Source: an uncultured Clostridia bacterium (GTDB taxonomy: Bacteria > Bacillota > Clostridia > TANB77 > CAG-508). From it: DNA of 64,000 bases. The notes under the pieces are model-generated. The model did no database searches. It was not told where the DNA came from and saw only the letters and a list, made by a program, of their open reading frames with translations. The stretch is taken from positions 109,542-173,541 of the forward strand of contig CAKPRG010000003.1 in assembly GCA_934182465.1 (NCBI GenBank). The letters are read 5' to 3'. A program made the translations under genes and the position numbers. Shown piece after piece: positions 1-8,700 of this stretch (position 1 is its first letter; every line of letters begins with the position of its first letter).

Positions 1-822
1 TCCAATTTCTTTTCTAGCTTCTTCTATTGTAAATCCTTTTCCTATCATTTCTCCTGCTCTTCTATTTCTGCTATGTACACTTCCACAAGTTACTATTAAA
101 TCTCCAAGTCCTGTTAAACCATAAAAAGTTTTTTCTTCTGCACCCATTGCAGTTCCTAATCTAGTAATTTCTACTAATCCTCTAGTTGCTAATGCTGCAA
201 ATGTATTATCTCCTAAATTTAGACCTACTGCGATTCCAGCACAAAATGCTATAATATTTTTTAAAGCTCCACCAATTTCTACGCCTTTTACATCTTTAGA
301 ACTATATATACGAATAATATTGCTTTTAAATATTTCTCTTATTTTTAATATTACATCTTCATGTTCTGAAGCTATAACTAATGCTGTTGGTACATTTATA
401 GAAACTTCTTCTGCATGGCTTGGACCTGATAAAACACCACATTTTGCATTTGGTATTTCTTGTTTTATTACTTCATCTAAAGTTAATTCTGTTACTGGTT
501 CAAATCCTTTTGAACACATAATAATTGGTTGATTTTCTTTTACATATTGTTTATATTGTTGTATTGTATTTCTAACAAATTTTGAAGGTGTAACATGTAA
601 TATAATTTCTGCATCATCTATTACTTCTTTAAAATCTGATGTTGCATAAATATTTTCTGGTAAAGTTATGTTTGGTAAAAATTTACATTTTTTTTCATTA
701 TTTATTAAATTTATTTCTTCTTCTGAAAAAGACCATACATTTACTTTATTTCCTTGACTTGCTAAATATACACTTAATGCAATTCCCCAACTTCCACTTC
801 CTATAACTGCGATTTTTCTCAT
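1..822 (-). CDS. gpsA: glycerol-3-phosphate dehydrogenase [NAD(P)+] (N-terminal ~274 aa; 3' end beyond window start)
   Basis: Reverse translation from ATG at 822 gives MRKIAVIGSGSWGIALS... NAD-binding GxGxxG, GpsA-like throughout; classic der-plsY-gpsA cluster. Confidence 0.9.
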   Translation of the reverse strand, partial: MRKIAVIGSGSWGIALSVYLASQGNKVNVWSFSEEEINLINNEKKCKFLPNITLPENIYATSDFKEVIDDAEIILHVTPSKFVRNTIQQYKQYVKENQPIIMCSKGFEPVTELTLDEVIKQEIPNAKCGVLSGPSHAEEVSINVPTALVIASEHEDVILKIREIFKSNIIRIYSSKDVKGVEIGGALKNIIAFCAGIAVGLNLGDNTFAALATRGLVEITRLGTAMGAEEKTFYGLTGLGDLIVTCGSVHSRNRRAGEMIGKGFTIEEARKEIG

Positions 823-826
823 TTGT

Positions 827-1462
827 TTATTCTCCTTTTTCTTTATTAAAATTCAACTTATTTTCTGTTCCTGTAAGAATTCTTTTTACATTTGCTCTAT
901 GATTATATACTACAAATGCTGCTAGTAAAATTCCAAATATTATATAGTTTCCTTCTACTAAATAATTTTCTGTTATAAATATTGTTAATACAGGAAAAAG
1001 TATTGCTGCTGAAATTGATCCTAATGATACCATCCTTGTTAAAATCATAAGTACTAATGCAAATACTAAGCAAATCAATCCTATTTGCCAATTTAAAAGA
1101 AGTACTATGCCTAAACTTGTTGCTACACCTTTTCCACCTTTAAATTTGAAAAATATTGGAAATGTGTGTCCTATAACTACACATAATGCAGCTACTTGAA
1201 CTAATATAGCTCTATCTACATTGTCTACAAATTTTCCAACTATATAAGCTATTAAAACAGCTACAACTCCTTTTAACACATCACACAATAAAGTTATTAC
1301 TGCAGCTTTTTTTCCAACTGTTCTTAATACATTTGTTGAACCTGCATTTTTACTTCCTTTTTCTCTTACATCAAATCCTGCCATTTTTTTGCTTATTATA
1401 ACTGAAAAACTGATACTTCCTATTAAATAAGCTATAATTCCAATTACTATATATGTTACCAT
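827..1462 (-). CDS. plsY: glycerol-3-phosphate acyltransferase PlsY (acyl-phosphate dependent)
   Basis: 211 aa polytopic membrane protein, PlsY-like sequence, synteny with gpsA and der. Confidence 0.88.
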   Translation of the reverse strand: MVTYIVIGIIAYLIGSISFSVIISKKMAGFDVREKGSKNAGSTNVLRTVGKKAAVITLLCDVLKGVVAVLIAYIVGKFVDNVDRAILVQVAALCVVIGHTFPIFFKFKGGKGVATSLGIVLLLNWQIGLICLVFALVLMILTRMVSLGSISAAILFPVLTIFITENYLVEGNYIIFGILLAAFVVYNHRANVKRILTGTENKLNFNKEKGE

Positions 1463-1498
1463 ATTTTCCTCCTTTTTCTTTTGAAAAGTTTATATTTG

Positions 1499-2821
1499 TT
1501 ATTTTTCGCCTTTTTCTCTAACGATTAATCTTACTGGTGTTCCTTCTAATCCAAAGTTATTTCTAAAACAATTTATTAAATATCTTTGATATGAAAAATG
1601 GAATAAATCTTTGTTGTTTACAAATATTACAAATGTTGGTGGTCTTGTTGTTGCTTGTGTTCCATATAATATTTTTAGTCTTTTTCCTTTATCAGTTGGT
1701 GGTTGTACAACTGCAATTGCTTCATTTATTACTTCGTTTATTACTGATGTAGAAACTCTTAATGAATTTTGTTTATTTACTTCGTTTATCATTCCAAATA
1801 GTTTATTTACTCTTTGTCCTGTTTCTGCTGATATGAAAATCATTGGAGCATAAGTTGCATAACTAATTTTATTATAAACATCTTTTTTATATGCTTCTAA
1901 TGTTCCATTTTCTTTTTCTACTGCATCCCATTTATTTATTACAATAATAATTCCTTTTCCTGCTTCATGTGCTTCTCCTAAAATTTTTGCGTCTTGGTCT
2001 GTTACACCTTCTGTCGCATCAATTAGTACTAAGCATACATCAGCTCTTTCTATTGCAAGTAATGTTCTCATTACACTAAATTTTTCAATAGATTCATTTA
2101 CTTTGCTCTTTTTTCTAATTCCTGCTGTATCTATAAATACATATTTTCCAAATTCATTCTCAAATCTAGAATCTATTGCATCTCTAGTAGTTCCAGCAAT
2201 GTTACTTACTATACTTCTTTGTTCTCCTAAAATCTTGTTTAATAAAGAAGATTTACCAACATTAGGTTTTCCAATAATTGCAACTTTTATTTCTTCTTCA
2301 ATATTTTCATCATCTCTTTTGGGTGGTAATTTATCGTAAATTTCATCTAATAAATCACCTATTCCTATAGCATTTGCTGCTGAAATTGGATGTGGTTCTC
2401 CTAATCCTAAATTGTAAAATTCATATATCTCTGCAGGTGGTTCTCCGTAGCTGTCTGCTTTATTGCAAACTAAAATTACTGGTTTTTTAGCTCTTTTTAA
2501 CATAATTGCAATTTCTGAATCTGCAGCTGTAACACCTTGTCTAACATCTGTAATAAACAAAATAACATTTGCAACTTCTATAGCAATATTAGCTTGTTCT
2601 CTCATTTGAGATATTATTATATCTTCTGATTCTGGTTCTATTCCACCTGTATCTATTAAAGTAAACTCTCTATCTTTCCAACTTGTATCTGCATACACTC
2701 TATCTCTAGTTACACCTGGTGTATCTTCAACAATTGATATTCTTTGACCTACTACATAATTAAAAAATCTAGATTTTCCTACATTAGGTTTTCCAACTAT
2801 GGCTACAATTGGTTTTGACAT
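1499..2821 (-). CDS. der: ribosome biogenesis GTPase Der (EngA), tandem GTPase domains + KH-like C-term
   Basis: Two G-domains each with GKPNVGKS P-loop and DTAG/NKxD motifs. Confidence 0.92.
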   Translation of the reverse strand: MSKPIVAIVGKPNVGKSRFFNYVVGQRISIVEDTPGVTRDRVYADTSWKDREFTLIDTGGIEPESEDIIISQMREQANIAIEVANVILFITDVRQGVTAADSEIAIMLKRAKKPVILVCNKADSYGEPPAEIYEFYNLGLGEPHPISAANAIGIGDLLDEIYDKLPPKRDDENIEEEIKVAIIGKPNVGKSSLLNKILGEQRSIVSNIAGTTRDAIDSRFENEFGKYVFIDTAGIRKKSKVNESIEKFSVMRTLLAIERADVCLVLIDATEGVTDQDAKILGEAHEAGKGIIIVINKWDAVEKENGTLEAYKKDVYNKISYATYAPMIFISAETGQRVNKLFGMINEVNKQNSLRVSTSVINEVINEAIAVVQPPTDKGKRLKILYGTQATTRPPTFVIFVNNKDLFHFSYQRYLINCFRNNFGLEGTPVRLIVREKGEK

Positions 2822-2935
2822 TTATTTCTCCTTTTCTTTATATTATTATTTAATTGATAATCATATTTTTAAGTTTATTTTTATTTTATATTAAAATACT
2901 TATATATTATATACTATTTTTACTTTTTTTTCAAT

Positions 2936-4588
2936 CTATTTGCTATTTTCTTCTTTATTTACTCCAACTGCATAAATTACAAATGCAATTAAACTTATAA
3001 TAGAAATAATATTCGCAATTTGCTCTAAATTTGATTTTTGATATGTTACCTCTATTTTAGCATCATCATTTGCACCCAAAACAAACCCTAAAAATCCATT
3101 TTCTGTTTCTATACTCTCTAAAGTTATTCCATCTTCTTTTACTACATACCCAGGATAATATATATATGGCAATTCGAATTTTGTTTGCTCTTCAAATGTT
3201 TTTACTTTTGCAGAATACTCACTGCCATTTTTATTTTCATTTTCTATTAAAGCTTTTCCTTCCAATACGCACATTTCTTGTGTTCTTGTTGCTATATAAA
3301 ATTTATTATAATAGGCTTTAGTTGGCAAATATTCTGCTTTATTTATTCCTGCAGAAATTTCATCTACTTTTCCTGAAATATTTCCTAATTCCATATTTTC
3401 TATATCTGTTAAATTTTCTGTATTTTGAATATGTCCACTTAAACAAATTATATATGCCATTGATACTACTAATAATATTAAACTATCTTTTAATTTTAAG
3501 TTTCCAACAATTGCTCCCATATTTATAGCACATACTATTGTTAGGAAAAAGTTTGCCAAAGTTAGAATTCTCCATGGAAATTGCAATTTTACAAAAATTC
3601 TTGCAAAAATATTTATAGAAAAAATACTAGTTGCGCAAATAAATCCTAATATACAAAATATTAAATAAGTAATATAATCTTTTTTATATTCATTTTTTAG
3701 TTTTACAAAGGCCATTGGTGTTAAAGCAAACATCGCTATTAAAAGTGGCCCAACTTCAAATACATAATTTTCTTTTTGTGCTGTTACAAATAACTTTCTA
3801 ATTGATATTGTCTGTCTTGAAAACCCTTGTATTTCTTCATTTGTAACATTATTTATTTTATAATCTTCTCCAATTGTTGCTTCAAAATATGGCAACCATA
3901 TACAAGCTGTTAATATTAAAATAAAAGCAAAACTCAAAATCACTTTTGACAATATTTTATTATTTTTAATTTCTTTAATATTTACAAGCAAATAAATTAT
4001 TGATATTCCAAATACTATCCAGCTCAAACTTCTATCACACATAAACATTAGAGCTAAACTTATTGGAAATAAATAATGTTTTCTTTCATTGTTTTTTAAA
4101 CTATATAAGCCTAAAAAAGTAATTGGTAAAATTGCCAATGCTAAATGTTCTGAAAATGCATTTCTAACATATATTTCTGTTAAATGATATGGTAACATCA
4201 TATATATTCCAGCTGCAAGAATTCCAATATTACGATTTTCGGAAATTTCTTTTACTAAACAATACATTGTTATTCCAGATATAAACAGAGTTATTACTTC
4301 AAGTAATTTAAAACTTGTTATAGGATTTTTAAATACTAAATTAGTTATAGCTAATAAAATATCTGGAAATCTATTATTAAAAATACTATTTATGTATCCA
4401 AAATTATTTGCAAAACTTGGAATAATATTACTAAAAACACCAATTTTGCTTAGTTCGTAAGACTTTGATATATAATTTATTCCTTCACCTATATAACAAT
4501 TAAATGTATTTGAAACTATCGGTAATGACAATAATATTGTTATTACTATTAATATAACAATATATAATATTTTTTTCTCTTTTTTCAC
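2936..4588 (-). CDS. polytopic integral membrane protein, possibly glycosyltransferase-like (family unassigned)
   Basis: 550 aa, many predicted TM helices, large C-terminal extracytoplasmic domain. Confidence 0.4.
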   Translation of the reverse strand: MKKEKKILYIVILIVITILLSLPIVSNTFNCYIGEGINYISKSYELSKIGVFSNIIPSFANNFGYINSIFNNRFPDILLAITNLVFKNPITSFKLLEVITLFISGITMYCLVKEISENRNIGILAAGIYMMLPYHLTEIYVRNAFSEHLALAILPITFLGLYSLKNNERKHYLFPISLALMFMCDRSLSWIVFGISIIYLLVNIKEIKNNKILSKVILSFAFILILTACIWLPYFEATIGEDYKINNVTNEEIQGFSRQTISIRKLFVTAQKENYVFEVGPLLIAMFALTPMAFVKLKNEYKKDYITYLIFCILGFICATSIFSINIFARIFVKLQFPWRILTLANFFLTIVCAINMGAIVGNLKLKDSLILLVVSMAYIICLSGHIQNTENLTDIENMELGNISGKVDEISAGINKAEYLPTKAYYNKFYIATRTQEMCVLEGKALIENENKNGSEYSAKVKTFEEQTKFELPYIYYPGYVVKEDGITLESIETENGFLGFVLGANDDAKIEVTYQKSNLEQIANIISIISLIAFVIYAVGVNKEENSK

Positions 4589-4613
4589 TTTTTTATTCCT
4601 TTATTTATTTGAT

Positions 4614-5105
4614 TTAGTATTGAGTTTGTCCATTTAAAAATTCATCATTTTTTATCCATTCTTCAACATCAAATATTTTATATGTTTCTTTTGTTTCTCT
4701 AACTATTACTTGACTTATGCCTGAATTGATTATTAATTTTCTACACATTAAACAAGGTGCAGCACCTTCTTCATATTCGTTATTTTCTCTAACTCCAACT
4801 AAATATAATGTTGCCCCCATCATTTCTTCTCTTGACGCACATATTATCGCATTTTGTTCTGCATGTACAGATCTACAAGCATCATATCCACCATGTCTAG
4901 TATCTGGCATCAATTTCTTTTTTGTACAATATCCTAAATCTGAACAATTAATTCTTCCTCTTGGAGCACCACTATATCCTGTTGCAATTATTTGATCATG
5001 ATTTACTATTATACTTCCATATTTTTTTCTTAAACAGGTTGATCTTTCTGACACTGTTTCAGCTATATCTAAATAATAGTTTGTTTTATCTATTCTTTTT
5101 TCCAT
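4614..5105 (-). CDS. comEB: dCMP deaminase (ComEB-like cytidine/deoxycytidylate deaminase)
   Basis: Zinc deaminase motifs HAEQNA and PCLMCRKLI. Confidence 0.85.
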   Translation of the reverse strand: MEKRIDKTNYYLDIAETVSERSTCLRKKYGSIIVNHDQIIATGYSGAPRGRINCSDLGYCTKKKLMPDTRHGGYDACRSVHAEQNAIICASREEMMGATLYLVGVRENNEYEEGAAPCLMCRKLIINSGISQVIVRETKETYKIFDVEEWIKNDEFLNGQTQY

Positions 5106-5248
5106 TTTATGCCCCTTTTATATTATAAATTTATATATTTTATAATATAATTTTAGTTCTAAATTGTCAATGAAATTTAAAATAAATTATAGCAAAGTTT
5201 GGCATAAGCATTTGTTTAATAAAAATTGCACATTACTTTCTATTAAAG

Positions 5249-5296
5249 AAAAAAAACGAACTAATAAGTTCTAAATACATAAAACCTATTAGTTCG
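5249..5296 (-). terminator. rho-independent terminator downstream of rpmF (10-bp stem CGAACTAATA/TATTAGTTCG then T8 on minus strand)
   Basis: Perfect inverted repeat 5257-5266/5287-5296 plus A8 run 5249-5256 on + strand. Confidence 0.6.
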
Positions 5297-5345
5297 CATA
5301 AAGCCATATATAAGTAACCTTTCAGTTACATTTTAATCTTAGTCA

Positions 5346-5528
5346 TTACTTGCTTTTTTTTGCAATTACTTCTTTTCCATCATAATATCCACAATTTGAG
5401 CAAACTGTATGTGGTAATACAGCTTCGTGGCAATGAGGACAAGTTGCTAAATTTTTTGCTTCGATTTTCCATGTTGATCTTTTTAAACCTGTTCTAGCTT
5501 TTGACCATCTTCTTTTTGGTTGTGCCAT
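5346..5528 (-). CDS. rpmF: 50S ribosomal protein L32
   Basis: MAQPKRRWSKARTGLKR... with C-x2-C...C-x2-C zinc ribbon; strong RBS. Confidence 0.92.
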   Translation of the reverse strand: MAQPKRRWSKARTGLKRSTWKIEAKNLATCPHCHEAVLPHTVCSNCGYYDGKEVIAKKSK

Positions 5529-5695
5529 TTTAAATCCCTCCTTTAGCTATTTATAAAGTATATATCAAAATATAATTTTACCTTAAAGTTACTTAAATAG
5601 TATACAATCAAATTTCTATTTTGTCAATACTTTAGAAAAAATATTCCTAATTTGCATTTACTTTACAGAATATATTTAATTTTTTATTTGATGAT

Positions 5696-6397
5696 TTAAT
5701 CTTTTTTACAATTTTCTATAAAATTTAATATTAATTTTTTCATATTTTCATCATATAAAGACATATCTTCTGGGTGCCATTGTACTCCTATTGCAAATTT
5801 TTTATCTTCAAATTCTAATCCCTCTATTAAACCATCTTCTGAAATAGCATTTATTTTTGCATTATTTACTTTTGTTACTGCATATTTATGTCTGCTATTT
5901 ACATCTATTTCTTCTTTTTCTATTATTTCATATAATTTGCTATCTTTTTCAATTTTAACTTTATGGACATATTTTGCTGGTATTTGATTATGATTAATTT
6001 CTTTTTCTATAAATTGTAATATATTGCCTCTTTCTTCACCACAATCGATACTTGCTAGTAATTGCATTCCCATACAAGTTCCTAATACTGGTATATTATT
6101 TTCTAGTACATATTTTGCACAAAAAATATCATAATCATATATTCTATTTCCACCTGGCAAAATAATTCCATCACATAATTTTATTTGTTGTATTAGATCT
6201 TGTTTTTCTTCTTCTGTAAGTTTTCTTGCTTCTCTTGGTCTTGTTTCTTCAAAACATATATCTTGTGTAGGCATAATTAATATAGGAATTCCTCCACAAT
6301 TAGAAACAGCCCTTCTATATCCATCTAAAGCACACATACAAGTTCTATCTGTGTATGTTGTATGTGATTTTGCTATAATTCCAATAACTGGTCTCAT
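5696..6397 (-). CDS. class I glutamine amidotransferase-like / peptidase C26 gamma-glutamyl hydrolase (PuuD-like)
   Basis: Catalytic GTCMGMQ and VQWHPE motifs. True ATG at 6397 with AGGAGG RBS placed 1 nt after the stop of the upstream gene; the longer track ORF uses a TTG inside that gene. Confidence 0.75.
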   Translation of the reverse strand: MRPVIGIIAKSHTTYTDRTCMCALDGYRRAVSNCGGIPILIMPTQDICFEETRPREARKLTEEEKQDLIQQIKLCDGIILPGGNRIYDYDIFCAKYVLENNIPVLGTCMGMQLLASIDCGEERGNILQFIEKEINHNQIPAKYVHKVKIEKDSKLYEIIEKEEIDVNSRHKYAVTKVNNAKINAISEDGLIEGLEFEDKKFAIGVQWHPEDMSLYDENMKKLILNFIENCKKD

Positions 6398-6407
6398 ACT
6401 TCCTCCT

Positions 6408-8492
6408 TTATTTATCTGGATCACCCCATAAATCAAGTGTTTTTTGCATATCTTCTTTTGTTCTTGGTTCTAGTAATTCCTTAGTAGCTACTCTGACTCC
6501 GTTTAATTTTTCTGAAAACATTCTTACTGCATCATTTCCTCTATTGGGTGAATATCGTAAACTTCCATTTTTCATTTTATTTGTCGCAATTTGCTGTTGC
6601 AAACCACCATTTTCTGCTCTTAGCCTTTCTATTTCTGATACTCGTTTCGTTCCATTTCCAGCTACTGCTAGCAAATTTCTTCCAGGTTCAGCATTTATTT
6701 TTGCTTGTGCTAATTTTAATATATGTTCTTTTGAAAAACTTTTTAATTGACCATTTTGTCCTTTACTACCAAAAATATTAGTTATATTATTATACAAATT
6801 AAGCATTTCCGGTGTAAAATTTCCATCAAATTCTGTAATTGCACAAGCATATAAATCTGCTAATATATCTTTTACACTATATCGTTCTTTTTCTTCTGGT
6901 ATTTCTGTCATAATTGCTTCTGCTTTTAAATCAATATTTTTAAGTTTTTCATCTTTTAGTTCGTCTTTACCTAGCAATTTCCCAAAGAATCCTACTTTTT
7001 CTGTTTGTATTGTTTCTCGTTCTGAATTTAGTTTACCAAGTTTTGCGTTTTTAATTACTTGATTTGCTTTTAAATACAAGCTTCTTTTTAGTTCATATTC
7101 CATTTGATTTGCATGAATTTGAGCAAAATCAGGATTTCCTTGTAATATTTGACTTGCATAAGATATACCATCTAAATATGGAGAATATTTTTCAGTTTTT
7201 TCATCAATTTCTTCTTGTGACATATCTTCTTGCACAGTAACACCTTGTAAATTTTTTTCTATATCAGTAATATTAAAAGTTATATCTTCAATTATATTAT
7301 CTAATAAATTTACTCTTGTTTGAGGTTGAAAATTTATTCCTAAAGAACGTGCTATTTGTTGCATATTTCTTTCATTATATAGCATTTGATTATATGTATC
7401 ATTAATTTTATATGTAATTCTATTAGACTCAACAGGTTCATTGTTTAATTTTTTTCCTAATTCTGTTATTGAGCTTTTTCTTCTTTCTTCAATTTCAGCT
7501 TTTTCCCTTGCTATTCTTTCCTCTTCTAATCTCTTTTGTTCTGTCTCTTTTCTAGCTATTGCTTCTTGCTTTGCTCGTTCTTCTGCCTCTTTTTTTGCTT
7601 GTTCTACCATTTTTGTTGCTTCAGAAATTTCTTTTATTTTTTGAGCACATCTTCCTTGTAAATATTTTTGTAATCTTTCAGTATAACTTGATGTTTTACT
7701 TTTAAATTCATCAACTAATCTTTTATCTTCTTCAATTTTTTCTTTCAAAAATTCTATATCATCATCATCCAAAGTTCTAGACAAAGAAGCCTCATGACTT
7801 TCAAGTCTTCCTATTTGCTTTTCATATTCTTTTATATCAGCTAAATTTTGTTCAAATCCATCATATACATCATCTTCTAAATCTTTCATTTCTTCATCCG
7901 AAACATTACGAACTCCAGGATTATAAACTGTAAAATAGCAATAATTAAAATCTCCTCTTGTACTAAATTCTTCTCTTTTAGCAACTTTAACAAATGGTGC
8001 TAAAATTACTTCTTTTTCATCTCTTCTATTAGGATCTCTATAATCATCTACATTTAAAAATGGTACACCACTAGCAACTTCCATCTTAAGTAAAGTTCCC
8101 GTTTTTCCATATTCACAGAAAGATTTTGCAACTGTTTCATCTTTGCTTATTGATATAAATTGCTTTGCTGTTCCAAGTAAAGCCTTTGCTCTTTCTAAAC
8201 TTGTTCCTCTATACAAATTTCTACTCTCTGTGTATCCAATACTGTCTTTTAAGCTCTTCTTTTGAGATGTTTTATACATAGCAGAATATAAATTAACAAA
8301 ATCTTCTATATCTTCTCTTAAATACTTTTCTCCGCCAGACCAATCGCAAATATGTGATACTTCTCTATATGCTTCTGGTGTAAAATCTGCTAGCATATTT
8401 ATTCTAGGATGTTTATAATTCAAATAATTATCAATTGAGTTTCTTTCTTCACTAGTTACATTTAATATTTGTTTTGCTTCACTTAACTCCAT
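6408..8492 (-). CDS. cytoplasmic multidomain protein with N-terminal ADP-ribosyltransferase (R-S-ExE, ADPrib_exo_Tox-like) domain, central coiled coil, unknown C-terminal domain
   Basis: NLYRG (Arg), FISIS (STS-like) and DEKEVILAPF (ExE) motifs with canonical spacing; no signal peptide; KE-rich coiled coil around residues 290-350. Confidence 0.6.
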   Translation of the reverse strand: MELSEAKQILNVTSEERNSIDNYLNYKHPRINMLADFTPEAYREVSHICDWSGGEKYLREDIEDFVNLYSAMYKTSQKKSLKDSIGYTESRNLYRGTSLERAKALLGTAKQFISISKDETVAKSFCEYGKTGTLLKMEVASGVPFLNVDDYRDPNRRDEKEVILAPFVKVAKREEFSTRGDFNYCYFTVYNPGVRNVSDEEMKDLEDDVYDGFEQNLADIKEYEKQIGRLESHEASLSRTLDDDDIEFLKEKIEEDKRLVDEFKSKTSSYTERLQKYLQGRCAQKIKEISEATKMVEQAKKEAEERAKQEAIARKETEQKRLEEERIAREKAEIEERRKSSITELGKKLNNEPVESNRITYKINDTYNQMLYNERNMQQIARSLGINFQPQTRVNLLDNIIEDITFNITDIEKNLQGVTVQEDMSQEEIDEKTEKYSPYLDGISYASQILQGNPDFAQIHANQMEYELKRSLYLKANQVIKNAKLGKLNSERETIQTEKVGFFGKLLGKDELKDEKLKNIDLKAEAIMTEIPEEKERYSVKDILADLYACAITEFDGNFTPEMLNLYNNITNIFGSKGQNGQLKSFSKEHILKLAQAKINAEPGRNLLAVAGNGTKRVSEIERLRAENGGLQQQIATNKMKNGSLRYSPNRGNDAVRMFSEKLNGVRVATKELLEPRTKEDMQKTLDLWGDPDK

Positions 8493-8700
8493 ATTTTTTC
8501 TCCTTTAATTGTATTTATTTTATAAATATAATAGAAAAAAGTCAATATGCAAAGTTGGACATAAGCATTTATATAATAGAAAGTACAAAGTACTTTCATA
8601 TTATATTAAAAAGATGACAATTCCTTTTAGAATTGCCACCCTACAAAATATTAATATTTAATTAATATATAAATAATTCAATTAATATTATTAATTATTA

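Noticed and set aside
320-532. Plus-strand ORFs inside minus-strand genes (e.g. 320-532, 903-1091, 1611-1853, 2103-2339, 3070-3528, 4717-4995, 6544-6781, 7441-7644, 9353-9631, 10005-10199, 11957-12289, 13108-14397, 16840-17151, 20577-20984, 21402-21866, 33029-33235, 34867-35304, 37223-37549, 41647-42069, 54517-55419, 56027-56523, 63731-63964)
   Set aside because: They are antisense to well-supported genes. Their low-complexity L/F/S-rich translations are typical of AT-rich antisense frames, and they have no RBS.
6398-6436. Longer start for the C26 hydrolase overlapping the ART gene
   Set aside because: The track start is a TTG. The in-frame ATG at 6397 has a near-perfect RBS, and the N-terminus MRPVIGI matches family starts.
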